Source: Trichoplax adhaerens
Lineage: Eukaryota > Animalia > Placozoa
Direction of reading: 5' to 3'
Assembly: GCF_000150275.1 (NCBI RefSeq)
Contig: NW_002060961.1
Location: forward strand, 372,001 to 436,000
Length of the DNA stretch: 64,000 nt
The notes beneath the pieces are model-generated. The model did no database searches. It was given only the letters and a program-made list of their open reading frames with translations, and was not told the origin of the DNA. Below are positions 61,622-64,000 of the stretch, one piece after another. A program made the position numbers and the translations under genes. Numbering within the stretch: position 1 is the stretch's first letter; every line of letters starts with the position of its first letter.

Positions 61622-63274
61622 ATGAGCGGTTTGGCGAGAGAAGTGATTAAGTGGTTACAAAGTTTGGATCTATCGGTGTCTGTAAAGTATCCAAAAAGGT
61701 ATCAAGATAACAATTTTGACTATTTTAGTAGCGTTGACAGCTATTACATGCAATATACGCACTATTATTGCTGTAAATCTCGAATAAATCGCTATTATGA
61801 TATTAGTATGAAGAAGGAAAGAGAGATAGTTGGTGAAAACGAATAGATATGATGAAAGCTATTTATTTCCATATTGAATACCAACTCAATCTTTTACTGT
61901 ACTTCATTAGGGATTTCGCAAATGGATTCTTGGTTGCTGAGATCTTTTCTTGGTACTTCCCACAAGAGATACATATGCATTCTTATTATAATGCTCCATC
62001 CCTACCTAAAAAAATTGGAAATTGGTCTCAATTAGAAAGGGTAAATCGATTTTCATCTGTCCGAACTACGATACGAACTGATAAGAATGATATCACATAG
62101 CGTTAATTATGTTCTAGTTCAACGTTAGAGTAAACAAAATTAGATATTTGGTTTAGAAAATTACGCTAATGAATCCTTAATCTTGATCCTTTTAGTTATT
62201 TAAAAAGCATGGGATTGACATTCCTAAAGTATTAATAGATGGTACAATGCATAGTAAACCTGGTGCTGCCATATTGTTGGTGGAAAGAGTATATACAATT
62301 TTAACGAACAGAGCGTAAGTATTATATTTAGCTGTAATTACTAACTTAGATTATTTGATCTATCCGTATGCTGACTGCTATCTAAAACATGAAATGTTTT
62401 TTATGAAAGTGTTAAAAGAACCCCTGTAAAGCATGAGCTTGACTTTTCTGACAATGGTTATCAATCTGAATTACCACCACATGCAAGATCAACAGCGTCT
62501 CAAGTAAGATATCGTATCCGATTATGGTTATTGTATTAGATATCTTGACTACTTAATTCCGTTATTGATTTTCTAGCTCAATTTTAAATTTTTTAATACT
62601 ATATTTTATTTCTAACTTTAGGCTTTAAAAAATAATTTGGCAATTACGGAATTTGACACTGACCCAGATCAAATTTTTCGAATGCAGAAGGTAATGCACG
62701 TGCTGCGTACGGTCAAAGTTTAGCGAATAAGTTTAATGTTAATTTAATTATTATTTTATAAAATTATATCTATAGGCCCAATCAATTCTGAATAATCATA
62801 TTGAAAACAGAAGGAAGGAAAGAGAGGAGAATCCAGGTTTGGGATCATTACTTATATTGCTTTCAATGTTTTCTCTTTTTAATGGAATTGACTTTTACGA
62901 TATTGTATTATCACAGAGCGCTTTGGCATTCGACCTTCAATTGGACAGCTAACTCCTCGTAAACTACCCTCTGTAAAGACAAGAAAATCTCAACAGCGTG
63001 ACTCATTAATATACCCTATGGATTCTGCAAATGGTAAAGATCGCATTCAGTTAAAATTTTAAACTTCAAACATGAGCAGATCTTTTATTTTTTTTGATTA
63101 AGTGTATGTGCTATTTAACATATTGTAATTATTATTATCATTTACACAGGTGATGAAAGGCATTCTAATGATACAGTCGAAAGTGGCCAAGTTCATTTTA
63201 CAGAAATACAAGTGAAACAACTGAATAGAAATGAGCAAAATGCTCTTCGTCAATCGTTATACGCTGCTTCTTAG
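61622..63274 (+). CDS. SPATA4: SPATA4-like calponin-homology (CH_2) ciliary protein, ~8 exons
   Basis: MSGLAREVIKWLQSLDLSVSVKYPKR|DFANGFLVAEIFSWYFPQEIHMHSYYNAPSLPKKIGNWSQLER; later ELPPHARSTAS; last exon ...VHFTEIQVKQL...YAAS* with stop at 63272-63274. Confidence 0.88.
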
Positions 63275-64000
63275 AATGATTAGAAGCGTGAAATATATTG
63301 GAGAGGTATTAATGACCTCATCTGAGAGACAAATAACAAAGAATGAAGAATTGTATTGCTTATTTCTATTGTCTTACAATTAAGAATTTTAAACATTTAA
63401 TGTAAATCTATAACAGCTAAAAGCAAAGATACTGTTTATCCATTTTGTGATGCAGTGACAATTGTAAATACACAATTTTTAGCATTTTACAGTTACTTCT
63501 TTTGATCTACCATTGATGAAAGTTATCTATTTAGCATATGCTTGTGTAAATGTAGCCTCATTTTTGTAGTATTTAGTCTCGGAAAGCATCTTTTAATCCT
63601 TAACATGTGAGTAGCTCCCTACCCTTTTGCAATTATTATTCAAATCCGTTGTCTTGTCCGTATACACATAGAGAATTATCTTCTAAATTTGAGATGTCGT
63701 TAATTTGTGAGAGTTTTACAAAATTCAGTATGATATGACAAACTGTTTTCATATTTTCTGCTTTGGTAGTAGGGTAGTGATTGTTGTTGTTTTAATTCTA
63801 TAGTAAGGCAGGATCATTTTATACTGTTACTATCATCTCATAGTAATTCTGAACTAGTGTCAGGAATAATAGCCGACAAATATTATGATACGAGAAAGTA
63901 TCTACGATTAGATTTCAGATAGACACGTGTTATTATTATTTAATGTCTATGATATTAGTTCTAAATTTGGAAAGTTACGTCTGTTGACTGAGTAAAATGG

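Overview
Eukaryotic, AT-rich, compact genomic DNA with short GT-AG introns and metazoan-type proteins; a placozoan (Trichoplax-like) source is my inference, not proven. Seven spliced genes were assembled by hand: a stand-alone bacterial-type YccF membrane protein (-), UFM1 (+; all exons too short for the ORF track), ISWI/SMARCA5 (-), CBP/p300 (-), a ~2,750-aa secreted calsyntenin-like LamG/cadherin/L-domain mosaic protein (+), TFIIIA/GTF3A with a degenerate finger 4 and a GC-AG intron (-), and SPATA4 (+). Non-coding DNA carries many 100-300 bp tandem duplications, two small inverted-repeat elements, and dense palindromic TACAGTACTGTA/(TACAG)n clusters concentrated at the 5' ends of the two chromatin-regulator genes. 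Best leads: the calsyntenin-like giant protein, the TACAG-motif 5' domains with an embedded inverted-repeat element, the intron-containing YccF gene and the 8-finger TFIIIA. Coordinates were read by eye; family calls rest on recalled motifs, not database searches.
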